A stretch of 34,385 nt of DNA from an uncultured Pseudomonadales bacterium (lineage in GTDB: Bacteria; Patescibacteriota; Microgenomatia; UBA1400; PJMF01): contig CAYMVN010000004.1 in NCBI GenBank assembly GCA_964394125.1, positions 1-34,385 on the forward strand. The letters are read 5' to 3'. Shown here piece after piece: positions 1-10,300 of this stretch (the first letter of the stretch is position 1; each line of letters begins with the position of its first letter). Below the pieces are notes generated by a model, which was given only the letters and a program-made list of their open reading frames with translations, had not been told where the DNA came from and ran no database searches. Both the position numbers and the translations under genes were made by a program.

Positions 1-21
1 GTCTGTGCTACACTTACGCTC

Positions 22-1269
22 ATGACAACAGAAAACCGCACCCCCACTCAAGCTGTTATTTTAGCTGCTGGTGAAGGCTCACGGTTTGCGCCATTCTCGC
101 GCCGCCCGTCACACAAAAGTAGTCTGCCGCTCATGGGTGAAGCAATTATTGCTCAAACGGTGCGTGCCCTCGAAAGAGCCGGAATTCATGATATTGTCAT
201 TATCAAATCACCACAAGATACTCGGCTTAAAGACGCCCTGCACCAAAGTTCTAGTACAACAAAGGTGCAGTTTGTGAATCAAGAAAAGCCACTGGGAATG
301 GGTGACGCGCTCCTTTCAGCCAGGGCACAGCTCCACGACCGTTTTCTTGTTGTGAATCCGCAACAAATCAATATCGCAGAGCATCTGAGTGCGTTACAAG
401 AACTTCAAATTCCAGAGGGTGAGTCTCCACCAATCCTCTTTACTCAGACAACCCAGTGGCCAGAGCGGTATGGCATCGTAAAACTTGAAGGAAGCAGAGT
501 TACACAAGTGATAGAAAAACCAGAAAATCTCAGAGGAACAACACAACAGCGAATTCTTGGTATTTACATCTTAAATCAAGACTTCATACAGTGTCTACAA
601 AATAGATCACTTGAGCCATATCAATTTGAAGCAGCGCTCGACGCGTATGCACAACAAAAAACTATTCTGGCGGTTGTCAGCGATGCACAGAGTCTGACGC
701 TTAAGTATGCCTGGGATCTCTTTGCCATAGCCCAGTACAAATTTGAACAAATTCCAGCAACTGGCTCCATCTCTCCAGAGGCTCAGATTCACGAGACAGC
801 ACTTATTTCTGGGCCAGTCATCATTGAAGCAGGGGCAAAGATCTTCGAGTATGCAATCATTCATGGCCCCGCATATATCGGTAAAAATGCGGTAGTTGGC
901 AGTTACTGCAAAGTAAGAAACGGCACAGTTTTAGAAGAGGGAGTAGAGCTACAGAACGCTGTCGAAGTAAAGCACTCGCTGGTAGGCGCACACACCCACA
1001 TTCACTCAGGGTTTATTGGAGACTCAATTATTGGTGAGAACGTACGTATCGGAGCAGGGTTCACGACGGCAAATCGGCGTTTAGATCGAGAAGCGATTCG
1101 TGTTTTGGTAAAAGGTGCACCGATTGAAACTGCCACGACATTTTTTGGGTGTCTGATTGGTGATAGAACAAGTATTGGGATTCACTGCGGAACAAACCCC
1201 GGCACGAGTATTGAACAAGACAGCACCATTTACCCAATGACACTTATTTCAAATCCAAAAGTTGAGTGA
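22..1269 (+). CDS. Sugar-1-phosphate nucleotidyltransferase with a C-terminal left-handed beta-helix domain (GlmU/RmlA-like)
   Basis: The N-terminus AVILAAGEGSRFAPFS matches the LAAGxGxR nucleotidyltransferase motif, and GMGDAL is present. The C-terminal third has imperfect hexapeptide repeats (IGKNAVVGSYCKV, LVGAHTHIHSGFIGDSIIGENVRIGAG). ATG start, TGA stop. The 3' end overlaps the convergent HAD gene by 26 nt. Confidence 0.75.
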   Translation: MTTENRTPTQAVILAAGEGSRFAPFSRRPSHKSSLPLMGEAIIAQTVRALERAGIHDIVIIKSPQDTRLKDALHQSSSTTKVQFVNQEKPLGMGDALLSARAQLHDRFLVVNPQQINIAEHLSALQELQIPEGESPPILFTQTTQWPERYGIVKLEGSRVTQVIEKPENLRGTTQQRILGIYILNQDFIQCLQNRSLEPYQFEAALDAYAQQKTILAVVSDAQSLTLKYAWDLFAIAQYKFEQIPATGSISPEAQIHETALISGPVIIEAGAKIFEYAIIHGPAYIGKNAVVGSYCKVRNGTVLEEGVELQNAVEVKHSLVGAHTHIHSGFIGDSIIGENVRIGAGFTTANRRLDREAIRVLVKGAPIETATTFFGCLIGDRTSIGIHCGTNPGTSIEQDSTIYPMTLISNPKVE

Positions 1270-2035
1270 GATAGGTGGCGAGCGCATCATCATCTGAGCT
1301 GCCAACAACGATCTCTGCAATTTTTTTCAAACTCTCTGGAGACTCTGCCATCGCGACTGAGTGGCCAACACGAGCAAGAAGTTCTGCGTCGTTTGTGTTA
1401 TCACCCGCGGCAAGTACTTCACTCAGCTGTATCTGTAACTTTTCACACCAGACTGCTGCTGCGACAGCTTTGTTTACTCCAAATGCCGTGATATCAAAGT
1501 ACTGTGAATCTGGGTCACTGCCCATGAGTTTGACACTGCACGTATCGAGTGAAGCTATGAACGTGCGGATCTGAGTATGTATGTTCACCACAGAAATGAG
1601 TGGTGTATCCAGTGGTTCACTGATTGGTTGTACAGAGATCTTCCAAGGATGCTGTTCTAAGTTTGCGCGCAGTGCTTCACTACAATACAGTGTGTCGCCG
1701 CTTCCATAGACAACTGCGCCACCCAGTCGCTCAACTTCATGAGTAATTTTTTGAACGACTTGTTTTGAAAGTAACTTCTCCCAAATAACTGTTCCCGATG
1801 CTGTCACGATCTGCCCGCCACCAGCAGTACAGTGCAGCGCATTTTCAGAAAAGAACGGAAGAATGTAGTTTTTTACAGCTGCGTAGTGACGACCCGTAGA
1901 CACACCACAGAAGATTTTTTTCTCACCAATTCTTGCAAGTGCCGTTGCTGTTGCCTCAGAGATCTCACGCTTCGAGTTGGTCAACGTGCCATCAATGTCG
2001 AGGAGGATACCTTTTGGTTGAAATGGGTGTGTCAT
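1244..2035 (-). CDS. HAD-superfamily (Cof-type, IIB) phosphatase
   Basis: Motif I is ILLDIDGTLT, and the C-terminal motif GDNTNDAELL is typical of Cof/HAD-IIB. The ORF track starts at a TTG (2077). The ATG at 2035 (MTHPFQPKGILLDIDG) gives the usual short N-terminus. Confidence 0.75.
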   Translation of the reverse strand: MTHPFQPKGILLDIDGTLTNSKREISEATATALARIGEKKIFCGVSTGRHYAAVKNYILPFFSENALHCTAGGGQIVTASGTVIWEKLLSKQVVQKITHEVERLGGAVVYGSGDTLYCSEALRANLEQHPWKISVQPISEPLDTPLISVVNIHTQIRTFIASLDTCSVKLMGSDPDSQYFDITAFGVNKAVAAAVWCEKLQIQLSEVLAAGDNTNDAELLARVGHSVAMAESPESLKKIAEIVVGSSDDDALATYLTQLLDLK

Positions 2036-2079
2036 GGGGTGGGTGGTTGGACGAAGTTCGAACCTGTTTTTCTCCAACT

Positions 2080-3324
2080 TTATAAGTTTTTTATCACCGT
2101 TACTAAAATAGTTAACCCATTTACTAAATCATCTTCAGATATAGTTAGAGGTGGCATTATTTGGATACAATCTCCTGCATCAGCCATATGTAAGCCATTC
2201 TCAAAACACTTGTTGATGATTGTCGTTGAGAGCTCGCTATTATCTTCACCATTTTTATTTTCTTGACTGATATCAAAGGCAATTTCTAAACCCCACCCAC
2301 GTAAGTTTTTCATGTTAGGATTTCCACCTAGTTCAGCCTCTATCATTGACTTCACAAGCTGGCCTTTTCTTTCTGCTGCTTCCCACACTTTATCGCGCTG
2401 ATGAATTTGAAGAGTTTTGAGAGCAGCGGCACAAGTTAATGGAGTCCAACCAAATGTGGATGTCGGTTTAAAAGCTCCAATGTGTTTTTGCACGAGAGAC
2501 GATTTCGTTACCACCGCACCAATTGCGCCAGCACCATTAGAAATACCCTTTGCCAAAGTTACGATATCAGGTACTACATTTTCATGTTCAATACCAAAAA
2601 GAGTCCCTGTTCTGCTAAATCCACTTCCTACCTCATCAACTACTAAGAGTGTTCCATATTTTTCGGTTAGTTTACGGACAGCAGTCAAATACCCTTTAGG
2701 AGCTACTAACATTGAACCCCAACCAGTAATTAAGCCTGGTTCCGTAAATACTGCCGCTACTTTTTCTGCTTTAAGGACATTCTCAAGTTTCTCAATAAAC
2801 TTAGCCAAAACTACTTCTTCTGACTCTTCACTTCCAAAAGCATTTGGATATTCAAGTTGAGTAAATTCTGGCACAAGTGGTGAGACTGCTTTTACATAGT
2901 CAGGAATAAAACCTAGAGCAAGTGTTCCAAAAGATTGACCGTGATAGGTATGGGCAAAGCTAACAATTTGTTGTCTCCCTGTGACAGCCCGAGCGATCTT
3001 TAATGCCATCTCATTGGCTTCAGTGCCACCAGTAGCTCTGCAAACGCAATCAAGTGAATCAGGAAAAGCGTCGATCAAAGCCTTGGCATACTCAATTTGA
3101 ACTTCATCCGCAGTCCACATTGGAGCATATACACTCTTTTGGGTTTGGGCTGCTACAGCTTCATTAACTTCTGGGTTATTCCATCCCAGGTTAGTCGTAT
3201 TCCAACCACTACTAAAATCAATATATCTCTTACCATCTTTATCCCAAAGGTAACTACCTTCAGCTTTACCCAGATCAAATCTCCAATCGACTACGGGGTT
3301 GTAAACGATATTGTGTTTAATCAT
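2080..3324 (-). CDS. Class-III pyridoxal-phosphate aminotransferase (acetylornithine/GABA aminotransferase family)
   Basis: VDEVGSGFSRTGTLFG....PDIVTLAKGISNG matches the DEVQTGFGRTG...AKgl PLP-lysine region. GGTEANEMALKIAR is also present. The stop lies 2 nt from the downstream HAD ORF, which suggests an operon. Confidence 0.8.
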   Translation of the reverse strand: MIKHNIVYNPVVDWRFDLGKAEGSYLWDKDGKRYIDFSSGWNTTNLGWNNPEVNEAVAAQTQKSVYAPMWTADEVQIEYAKALIDAFPDSLDCVCRATGGTEANEMALKIARAVTGRQQIVSFAHTYHGQSFGTLALGFIPDYVKAVSPLVPEFTQLEYPNAFGSEESEEVVLAKFIEKLENVLKAEKVAAVFTEPGLITGWGSMLVAPKGYLTAVRKLTEKYGTLLVVDEVGSGFSRTGTLFGIEHENVVPDIVTLAKGISNGAGAIGAVVTKSSLVQKHIGAFKPTSTFGWTPLTCAAALKTLQIHQRDKVWEAAERKGQLVKSMIEAELGGNPNMKNLRGWGLEIAFDISQENKNGEDNSELSTTIINKCFENGLHMADAGDCIQIMPPLTISEDDLVNGLTILVTVIKNL

Positions 3325-3365
3325 AAAACAATTTTAACAGAATAAGGTTCAAAATCTGGATAGTA

Positions 3366-3384
3366 GATTCTCAGAGTGAGAATC
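3366..3384 (-). terminator. Hairpin just 3' of the tRNA-Arg/tRNA-His pair (possible terminator or processing stem)
   Basis: Perfect 8-bp inverted repeat gattctca-gag-tgagaatc. It sits 7 nt downstream (minus strand) of the tRNA-His 3' end. There is no canonical U-tract directly after it. Confidence 0.3.
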
Positions 3385-3390
3385 CGATAA

Positions 3391-3468
3391 TGGGGTGGTA
3401 TACCGGGTTCGAACCGGCGACCTCGTCCTCCACAGGGACGCGCTCTAACCAACTGAGCTAATACCACC
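3391..3468 (-). tRNA. tRNA-His (anticodon GTG)
   Basis: The reverse complement folds as a cloverleaf. Acceptor stem GTGGTAT/ATACCAC, encoded G-1 opposite C73, anticodon stem-loop CGTCC-CTGTGGA-GGACG, T-loop TTCGAAC. A 3' CCA is encoded. Confidence 0.9.
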
Positions 3469-3504
3469 ATTTTATGTCAGCAATTATACTGCAAAAAGTC
3501 AGTG

Positions 3505-3576
3505 TGCGCCCACCGGGAATCGAACCCAGATTTAAGGCTTAGAAGGCCCTTGTTCTATCCGTTGAACTATGAGCGC
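3505..3576 (-). tRNA. tRNA-Arg (anticodon TCT)
   Basis: Reverse complement: GCGCTCA..TGGGCGC acceptor stem, anticodon stem-loop AGGGC-CTTCTAA-GCCTT, T-arm CTGGG-TTCGATT-CCCGG, discriminator A. No CCA is encoded. Confidence 0.85.
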
Positions 3577-3694
3577 ACCTTGAGACACATATTATACATT
3601 CAATTGGCACATCTGTGGATAACAAACAAGTAGAGAAGCACAGCACTCAAAACTGCGGTTGATCTTGCCCAGACAAACGTCCTACAATGACACC

Positions 3695-4960
3695 ATGACT
3701 ATTTCATCAATTTCTGCATACGAAGTAATTGCCTCCGGCGGATATCCCACTGTTGCCGTCAAGGTCACACTGGAGAGTGGCGTAACTGGCACGGCATCAG
3801 TGCCCTACGGCGTTTCAGCTGGGTCCCATGAAGCCTCTGTTTTGACTGATGGTGACATGCAGCGATATAACGGCAAAGGAGTGCTCCATGCGCTTCATAA
3901 TGTAACCTCAGAAATTGCTCCACACATTATTGGACTTGAAGCCGATAAACAACAGCAGATTGACCACATTATGTGCGATCTCGATGGCACCCCACAGAAA
4001 ACACGACTTGGAGGCAACGCTATTCTTGCAGTCTCCCTTGCAGTTGCACGTGCTGCCGCAGCTGAAAGAAAACTACCGCTGTATGAGTACCTCAGACAGA
4101 CCTACTCACTGCCAACACCAGTCACACTTCCGCAGCCGATGGCAGTGGTCATTGAAGGCGGTAAACACGCAGACAACTCAACCGATCTACAAGAGTTCTG
4201 TTTCTCAGTTCTTCGAGATACTTCACGTAAGGAAAGTGTCAGAATCGTGCTTGAGTGCTATCACGCACTTGAAAAAGTTCTTAAAAGTCACTTGCTTTCT
4301 ACCAATGTTGGGAATGAAGGAGCGTTTGCACCAAGTGGTATTGCTAGTAACGAGGCCCCCTTTCAGTACATGCTTGCCGCAATCACACAAGCTGGGTACG
4401 TACCCGGGAAAGATGTGGGCATCTCGATCGACGCGGCAGCGAGCGAGTTCTATTCTGACGGAATGTACCACCTCAAGCTTGAGAATAACGTTCTGACTGC
4501 ACAAGAACTGCAGCTCTACTTTGAAGGATGGATGGAGCGGTACCCCATTGTTACACTCGAAGATCCACTTGCAGAAGATGACTGGCAGAACTGGCCAAGT
4601 ATGAAAGAAATCTGTGACAGAAAAGGCGTGGCACTCATTGGTGATGATCTGACGGTAACGAACACTGAAAGACTCAAAAAAGCAATTGAACTGAAGGCAA
4701 TTAGTAGTATTCTTATTAAGCTCAACCAGATTGGCACACTCAGTGAAACCATCGCCTGTTGCGTGCTCGCGAAACACAATAACCTGCAAGTTGTACCGTC
4801 ACATCGTGGAGGTGGTGAGACAAACGACACGGCAATGATTGATGTCGCAGTAGCCGTTGGCGCAAACTTTATTAAAGTAGGCCCAACGCGAGGTGAGCGA
4901 GTAGAGAAGTACAACCGGCTACTTGAAATTGAAGCAGAGCTTACTGGGAATCGTTTCTAG
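3695..4960 (+). CDS. eno: Enolase (phosphopyruvate hydratase)
   Basis: Full-length collinear enolase sequence: YEVIASGGYPTVAVKV, SVPYGVSAGSHEA, IGDDLTVTN, ILIKLNQIGTLSET, SHRGGGETNDTAMIDVAV. The ATG at 3695 is preferred over the upstream TTG at 3659. Confidence 0.95.
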   Translation: MTISSISAYEVIASGGYPTVAVKVTLESGVTGTASVPYGVSAGSHEASVLTDGDMQRYNGKGVLHALHNVTSEIAPHIIGLEADKQQQIDHIMCDLDGTPQKTRLGGNAILAVSLAVARAAAAERKLPLYEYLRQTYSLPTPVTLPQPMAVVIEGGKHADNSTDLQEFCFSVLRDTSRKESVRIVLECYHALEKVLKSHLLSTNVGNEGAFAPSGIASNEAPFQYMLAAITQAGYVPGKDVGISIDAAASEFYSDGMYHLKLENNVLTAQELQLYFEGWMERYPIVTLEDPLAEDDWQNWPSMKEICDRKGVALIGDDLTVTNTERLKKAIELKAISSILIKLNQIGTLSETIACCVLAKHNNLQVVPSHRGGGETNDTAMIDVAVAVGANFIKVGPTRGERVEKYNRLLEIEAELTGNRF

Positions 4961-5520
4961 TTAGCGCGTGAGACGTACTCGTGTGTGTCTGTGTCGATGA
5001 TGATCTTGTCGCCTTTTTTAACGAAGAGTGGCACCATTACTTTTAGACCAGTCTCAACAAATGCTTCTTTTTTTGCCTGTCCAACAGTGTTTCCTGCACT
5101 TGCATCTTCAGCTTCAGTAACAGAAAGTGTTACTTTTTGTGGCAAGCGAATTCCGATTGGTGCTTCTTGATACAAGATAACGTAGACTTGTGCATCACTA
5201 GTTAACAGCTTGACGTCATCTTCAACAAGTGCGATCGGCACACTAATTTGCTCAAATGTTCTTTGATCCATGAAGACAGCTTCCGTGTCGTCTGCATAGA
5301 GAAACTGCATTTCCTGGTTCATCACTTCAACTTCTTCGACTGATTCAGGTGATTTATAGGTAAACTCTTGTGAGTACCCAGTTTTGACGTTCTTTAACTT
5401 AACTCTGATAAACGCTGAGCCTTTACCCGGACTGACGAAGTCAGTTTTAGTAACTTGGCATGGCTCGTTCTTGAAGAGCACGTACATGCCTTTGCGGATA
5501 TTTCCTGCTTTGATAATCAT
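4957..5520 (-). CDS. efp: Translation elongation factor P
   Basis: MIIKAGNIRKGMYVLF..., with the loop SPGKGSAFIRVKLKN carrying the modifiable Lys of the PGKG motif. An AAAGGA Shine-Dalgarno lies upstream of the ATG at 5520. The stop overlaps the eno stop in a shared CTAG. Confidence 0.92.
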   Translation of the reverse strand: MIIKAGNIRKGMYVLFKNEPCQVTKTDFVSPGKGSAFIRVKLKNVKTGYSQEFTYKSPESVEEVEVMNQEMQFLYADDTEAVFMDQRTFEQISVPIALVEDDVKLLTSDAQVYVILYQEAPIGIRLPQKVTLSVTEAEDASAGNTVGQAKKEAFVETGLKVMVPLFVKKGDKIIIDTDTHEYVSRAN

Positions 5521-5564
5521 AGATCCTTTCAAAATGACACCCTATTGTACCTCATTCTTTTCTA

Positions 5565-6626
5565 TTACTCGACTACGAACAATTCTTCAGCCGGGAAGAG
5601 GAGCACATCTGAGATCGACTCTGCATTTGCAAAGAGCATGACTAATCGGTCAATTCCGACGGCAATTCCACCACAGCGAGGGAAGCCCGACTTCAGCGCC
5701 GCAATAAATACTGTATCTGGTTCCCAAGTATCCTGGTTATTTTTCTTGCGAACTGCGAGTTGTGCAAGCAACCGGTTCTCTTGTTCCTGCCAATCAGCAA
5801 GTTCTGAGAATGCATTGCCCAGTTCTAGTCCTGCTACATAAAACTCAAATCGTTCTGCAAGCCGCTCATCTGATTCTTTCTTCTTCGAAAGTGCCGCTTG
5901 TGACGCTGGATAGTCATAAAAAATGCATGGCTCTGTAGCACCAAGGTGTGGCTCTATTTCATTTAAAACAACTTGATAAAAAGCGTCATCATACGTTGTA
6001 TTTTCATCTACAGCATAACCCTTTTCTTTCGCTTTCGTTATAAGAAGTGACTCTGATAAAAGCTCATCTTCGGTAATTCCAGCATACTGCAGAAATGCAT
6101 CAGTAATTTTGAGCCGTCGCCAGGGCTGAGCAAAATCAAACTTTTTTCCACGAAAGGTACAGACACTTGGCTCTGCTGCAAGCCCTGTTAGGTCGTAGGG
6201 CGACCGTTCAGGAAAGTGCTTCCTTAACGAAACATATTGAGCTATAAAAGCGAGCAGTTTTTCACAATCATCCATGACATCAGTGTAATCTGCATTAACT
6301 CGATACCACTCAAGGATGGTGAACTCAGGGTTATGTCTCGAACTTGCCGGCTCTCCAGAACGGAAACTTTTGCAGATCTGGAAACAACTACCACTCCCCG
6401 CCGCAAGTAGTTTCTTCATCATGAACTCGGGGCTGCCGTTGAGTCTCCCCAGCGTTTTCCCTTGAGGTATCTTCCACTCTGAGCTAAAGAGTTCTATCTT
6501 CGGTTCAGGGTCGGGGGAGGGAACAAACAAGGGTGTTTCAACTTCAAGAAAGTGTTGATTTTTGAAAAAAATCCGTACAGCATCAAGCACTGCTTCTCGA
6601 ATCTGCGCTACTTCTTTTTTTTGCAT
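5565..6626 (-). CDS. epmA: EF-P-lysine lysyltransferase (EpmA/PoxA/GenX-like, class-II LysRS catalytic-domain paralog without an anticodon-binding domain)
   Basis: FLEVETPLF, SPEFMMKKLL, CFQICKSFRSGE..SRHNPEFTILEWYR, AERFEFYVAGLELGNAFSEL and GIAVGIDRLVML are collinear with EpmA motifs. It sits directly upstream of efp on the same strand. The ATG at 6626 is preferred over the TTG at 6674. Confidence 0.8.
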   Translation of the reverse strand: MQKKEVAQIREAVLDAVRIFFKNQHFLEVETPLFVPSPDPEPKIELFSSEWKIPQGKTLGRLNGSPEFMMKKLLAAGSGSCFQICKSFRSGEPASSRHNPEFTILEWYRVNADYTDVMDDCEKLLAFIAQYVSLRKHFPERSPYDLTGLAAEPSVCTFRGKKFDFAQPWRRLKITDAFLQYAGITEDELLSESLLITKAKEKGYAVDENTTYDDAFYQVVLNEIEPHLGATEPCIFYDYPASQAALSKKKESDERLAERFEFYVAGLELGNAFSELADWQEQENRLLAQLAVRKKNNQDTWEPDTVFIAALKSGFPRCGGIAVGIDRLVMLFANAESISDVLLFPAEELFVVE

Positions 6627-6682
6627 TGTATTATTATATCCCACTTTCTTGTATACTACTGCTTTAGTTAACAAAAGTACTC

Positions 6683-7372
6683 ATGAATCAAACAATAAAA
6701 ATTCACGCATTCCTAGCACACAAAGGAGTTGCCTCACGCAGAAAAGCTGAGGAGTTGGTTGCACAAGGTCTGGTGACAGTAAATGGAGAGCTTGCGGTTA
6801 TTGGCCAGAGAGTAAACCCAGACAAAGACGACGTAACAGTAAAGGGTTTGCACTTGTCGCATGCTGAAAAGAAGCGATATTTTTTAGTTTATAAACCAGT
6901 TGGTTATATTTCAACCACCCATGATGAGCTACAACGACGGAATGTGCTTTCGCTTGTGCAAGATGTTGAAGAACGGTTATACCCGGTCGGCCGACTCGAT
7001 AAAGATAGCGAAGGGCTCATGTTGCTCACCAATGATGGTGATCTGGCGTACAAGCTCACGCACCCCAAGTTTCAGTTACAAAAAACCTACGAAGTAACTG
7101 TTTCTGGGAAACCTTCTCCAGCTGCGCTCTCACACTTAAAGCGCGGCGTAAAACTTTCAGAGGGGTACATTCGACCAGATGAAGTTACCGTCCTTGAAAG
7201 TGAAGACGGAAAAACAGTGTTGCACATCACCATTCACCAAGGGCTCAACAGACAAATTCGCAGAATGTTCGAGCGGATCGGCTACGACATCATCAAATTA
7301 GTTCGTATTCGCCTGGATAAGTGGACGCTGGATGATCTTGCAGGGCAAGCAGTTCGTGAGATCTCGCTTTAA
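6683..7372 (+). CDS. Pseudouridine synthase, RsuA/RluB family, with an N-terminal S4 domain
   Basis: S4-like N-terminus (HAFLAHKGVASRRKAEELVAQGLVTVNG) and the catalytic motif VGRLDKDSEGLMLLTNDG. QIRRMF is also present. Confidence 0.85.
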   Translation: MNQTIKIHAFLAHKGVASRRKAEELVAQGLVTVNGELAVIGQRVNPDKDDVTVKGLHLSHAEKKRYFLVYKPVGYISTTHDELQRRNVLSLVQDVEERLYPVGRLDKDSEGLMLLTNDGDLAYKLTHPKFQLQKTYEVTVSGKPSPAALSHLKRGVKLSEGYIRPDEVTVLESEDGKTVLHITIHQGLNRQIRRMFERIGYDIIKLVRIRLDKWTLDDLAGQAVREISL

Positions 7373-7394
7373 CCCTTTTATTCGTACTTTTTGA

Positions 7395-10300
7395 TTGCTT
7401 TTTCCTCAAGAAAACTGTATTCTGATATCAGTGATATTCACTGCAAAAAATTGCACTGGCAGACACTTCCTGCACCAGTTTTTATTGGTGTGTTTTTTTG
7501 TAGTTACAGCAACTCTTTTTGCACTTTTAACCCCTCATACGTCGCATGCTGCAACTGTTACCTGGACTGGGCTTGGTAGTGACGCAACTTGTGGTGGCAA
7601 TGCGGGAGATGGAAATAAGTGGTCGTGTGGGGCAAATTGGTCTACTTCAGCGGTGCCTGCAGCTGCTGATGCAGTCATATTTGATGCAACTTCGACGAAA
7701 GCTGTCTCGATAGCGGCTAACATTTCAGTTACTTCTATTGCAATTAACACTGGATACACCGGCACAATAACGCAGAGTGCAGGAGTGACAATCACACTCA
7801 GTTCGACAAATGCAAATACGGCTTTTTCACAAGCCGCCGGGACATTTGTTGGCAGCAGTGGCACAATGACGCTTTCGACTGGTGGTTTTACTCTCTCGGG
7901 AGGAAGCTTTACTGCCCCTTCAGGAACACTGCAGATCGGAAGAAACTTTACTGTCACTGCAGGTACATTTTTACATAATTCAGGGACAGTAACGTTTATG
8001 TATGGTACCCAAAGTGCAGTGCTCAGTTGTGGGACAGCTACATTCAACCTAGTGAACTTCAGCAAGGGCATCTCTACATCAATTACCGTTGCCTCTGACT
8101 GCATTATTCCGCTTGCTGGTACAAACCCCACAAGTGTTGGTGACATTGTCAACAATGGGAACATCTCAGTCACTGGCAACTGGTCGATTACTGGTGACTA
8201 CACAAGCAATGCAGGTGCAGTGCTTACCATGACAGGCACAACTTTTACTGCGGAAAGTATTAGTTTAACGGGAGGAACATTTCCTTCTGGAGTGACAACG
8301 CTTTTCGCAAATGTTAGTTATGCAGATACGGGAAGTGTCTTGCACAATGGGGCAGATCTTACTTTGACACAGACTGTGAATGGAAGTTTAAACTGTGGAA
8401 CTGCAACCTTTAACTCCGTAACGATTCAAAAAAGCACTGGCTCTACCGTCACTCCGACTGGGAGCTGTACAACCAATGACTTTAATTTATTAACAGGAAC
8501 GCTTGCAAATGCAGCCAGCCCGTATACGTTTAGTATAGCTGGAAACTTAACAATCAACGTCAGTTCGGCATCACAAAATTTTGGCGGAGCAAATGTTTTA
8601 GTGGTCTTTAATGGCAGTGGCAATCAGTACATTATTCAGAATTATGGTGCATTTAATTCACCATTTACTGTTTCTAAAGCTGCAGGGAAACTTTCTCTCC
8701 ATACAGATTTTTACACCGCCAGTGGACAAACATGTACAGTCTCACAAGGCACCTTTGCGCTTGCTGGATATGATTTTGTGTGTGGTTCTACGTTTTCACT
8801 TGCAAGTGGGACAACCCTTGAAGCGCATGGCTATGAGTACTTTACTGTCCCCGCACAAAGTACGGGTGCAACAATCTCCTACATCGGCAGACCAGATAGT
8901 ATCGTACAGTCGTTTGCGCTTCGTGGCTTGTCATACAAAAACGTAACACTGAATCTGAGTGATGCTACTGACATCTTTGATAGCAGAAACATCCTTGGGA
9001 CTGGTCTCGTTGGGCACTGGAAGATGGAAGCAGGCTCAGGGAGTGTTGATGATTCTTCTGTTAATTCAAATCTTGCAACGCTGAATGGAAACGCAAGTTA
9101 CTCCACTGATGTTCCCACTTTAGCAGACGAAAGTAATACACACTCTCTAGCTTTTGATGGAAGCGGGGACTACCTGAACATGGGTGGCAACCTTGACACT
9201 ACTCAAAATACACGAGGAATTACTTTTTCAGCCTGGATAAAGAAAAACACCAACGCCTCGCAAGATCAGATTATTGGGTACTCTACAAACGCCAGTAATA
9301 ACATATCTAGAGCATACCTCTTAACAAATGCAGCGACGCTCGATTGTGGTGCACGTGCGGCAGACAGCGAAACTACACAGTCGAAGTTTACTGGCAGTGT
9401 GTTGACTACTGGTGTGTGGTATCACGTTGTCTGTGTCATCGACTACCCCAACGATAAAATTGCAATTTATCTAAATGGGGTGCCACAAACAGCAACGGGA
9501 GTTGTCTCTTTTACTCAAGACTTTACTGACAATACAACCAGCTTGACTTCTGCGATTGGTATTGACGAAGATAAGATTGGTAATGATTTTGATGGTTTGC
9601 TTGATGAAGTGCGTGTCTACAACAAAGCACTTTCAGCAACAGAAGTAGCAGCACTTGGCACCGGATACGCTTCAAGCGCACTCACGTCACCACTCAGTAT
9701 TGCAGGTAACTTTACTCTAACCACAGGGGTCCTCTATCCACCAGCGGCACTGAGTGTTGCTGGGAACTGGACAAATACCGGTACGTTCAATCACAACTCA
9801 GGAACAGTTACATTAGATGGTAGTAATCAAAGTATTTTTGGAGAAACACCATTTTATAACTTTACGAAACAAACAAGTACTGCTGATACGCTGTCGTTCC
9901 AGGCAACAAAAGTACAGACGATTCTTGGAACGCTCACCTTAAATGGAGCTGCCAGTAATGTACTCAGTATCTTTTCTAACTCGAATGGGACCCAGTGGAA
10001 GATTGATCCCCAAGGGTCGCGTTCAATCAGCTACTTGAATGTAAAAGACAGTAATAATATTAGTGTAACTCCAATTGCAGTAAACGGATTAAATATTACT
10101 GACAGTGGGAACAATACGAACTGGAGTTTTTCGAGCGGTGTTCCTGCAATTTCGGTAACTCCACTCAGCCCTGATCCAACAGCATCGACAACTCCAAGTA
10201 TCTCCGGCACTGTGACAGATGACACCGGGACTGTCGCACTAGTTGAATTTCAAATGGACGGAACTGCTGGAGCTTGGACAGCTTGCGTTGCTCAGGATGG

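Noticed and set aside
3915-4914. Alternative-frame and antisense ORFs inside the enolase gene (3915-4496, 4223-4789 and 4516-4914). Similar shadows occur inside other conserved genes (71-277, 607-864, 1275-1574, 2417-2860, 16215-16766, 29195-29530, 30832-31137 and 31921-32187).
   Set aside because: The overlapping frames encode unmistakable conserved proteins, whereas these ORFs show no motifs. They are typical of roughly 50% GC coding DNA.
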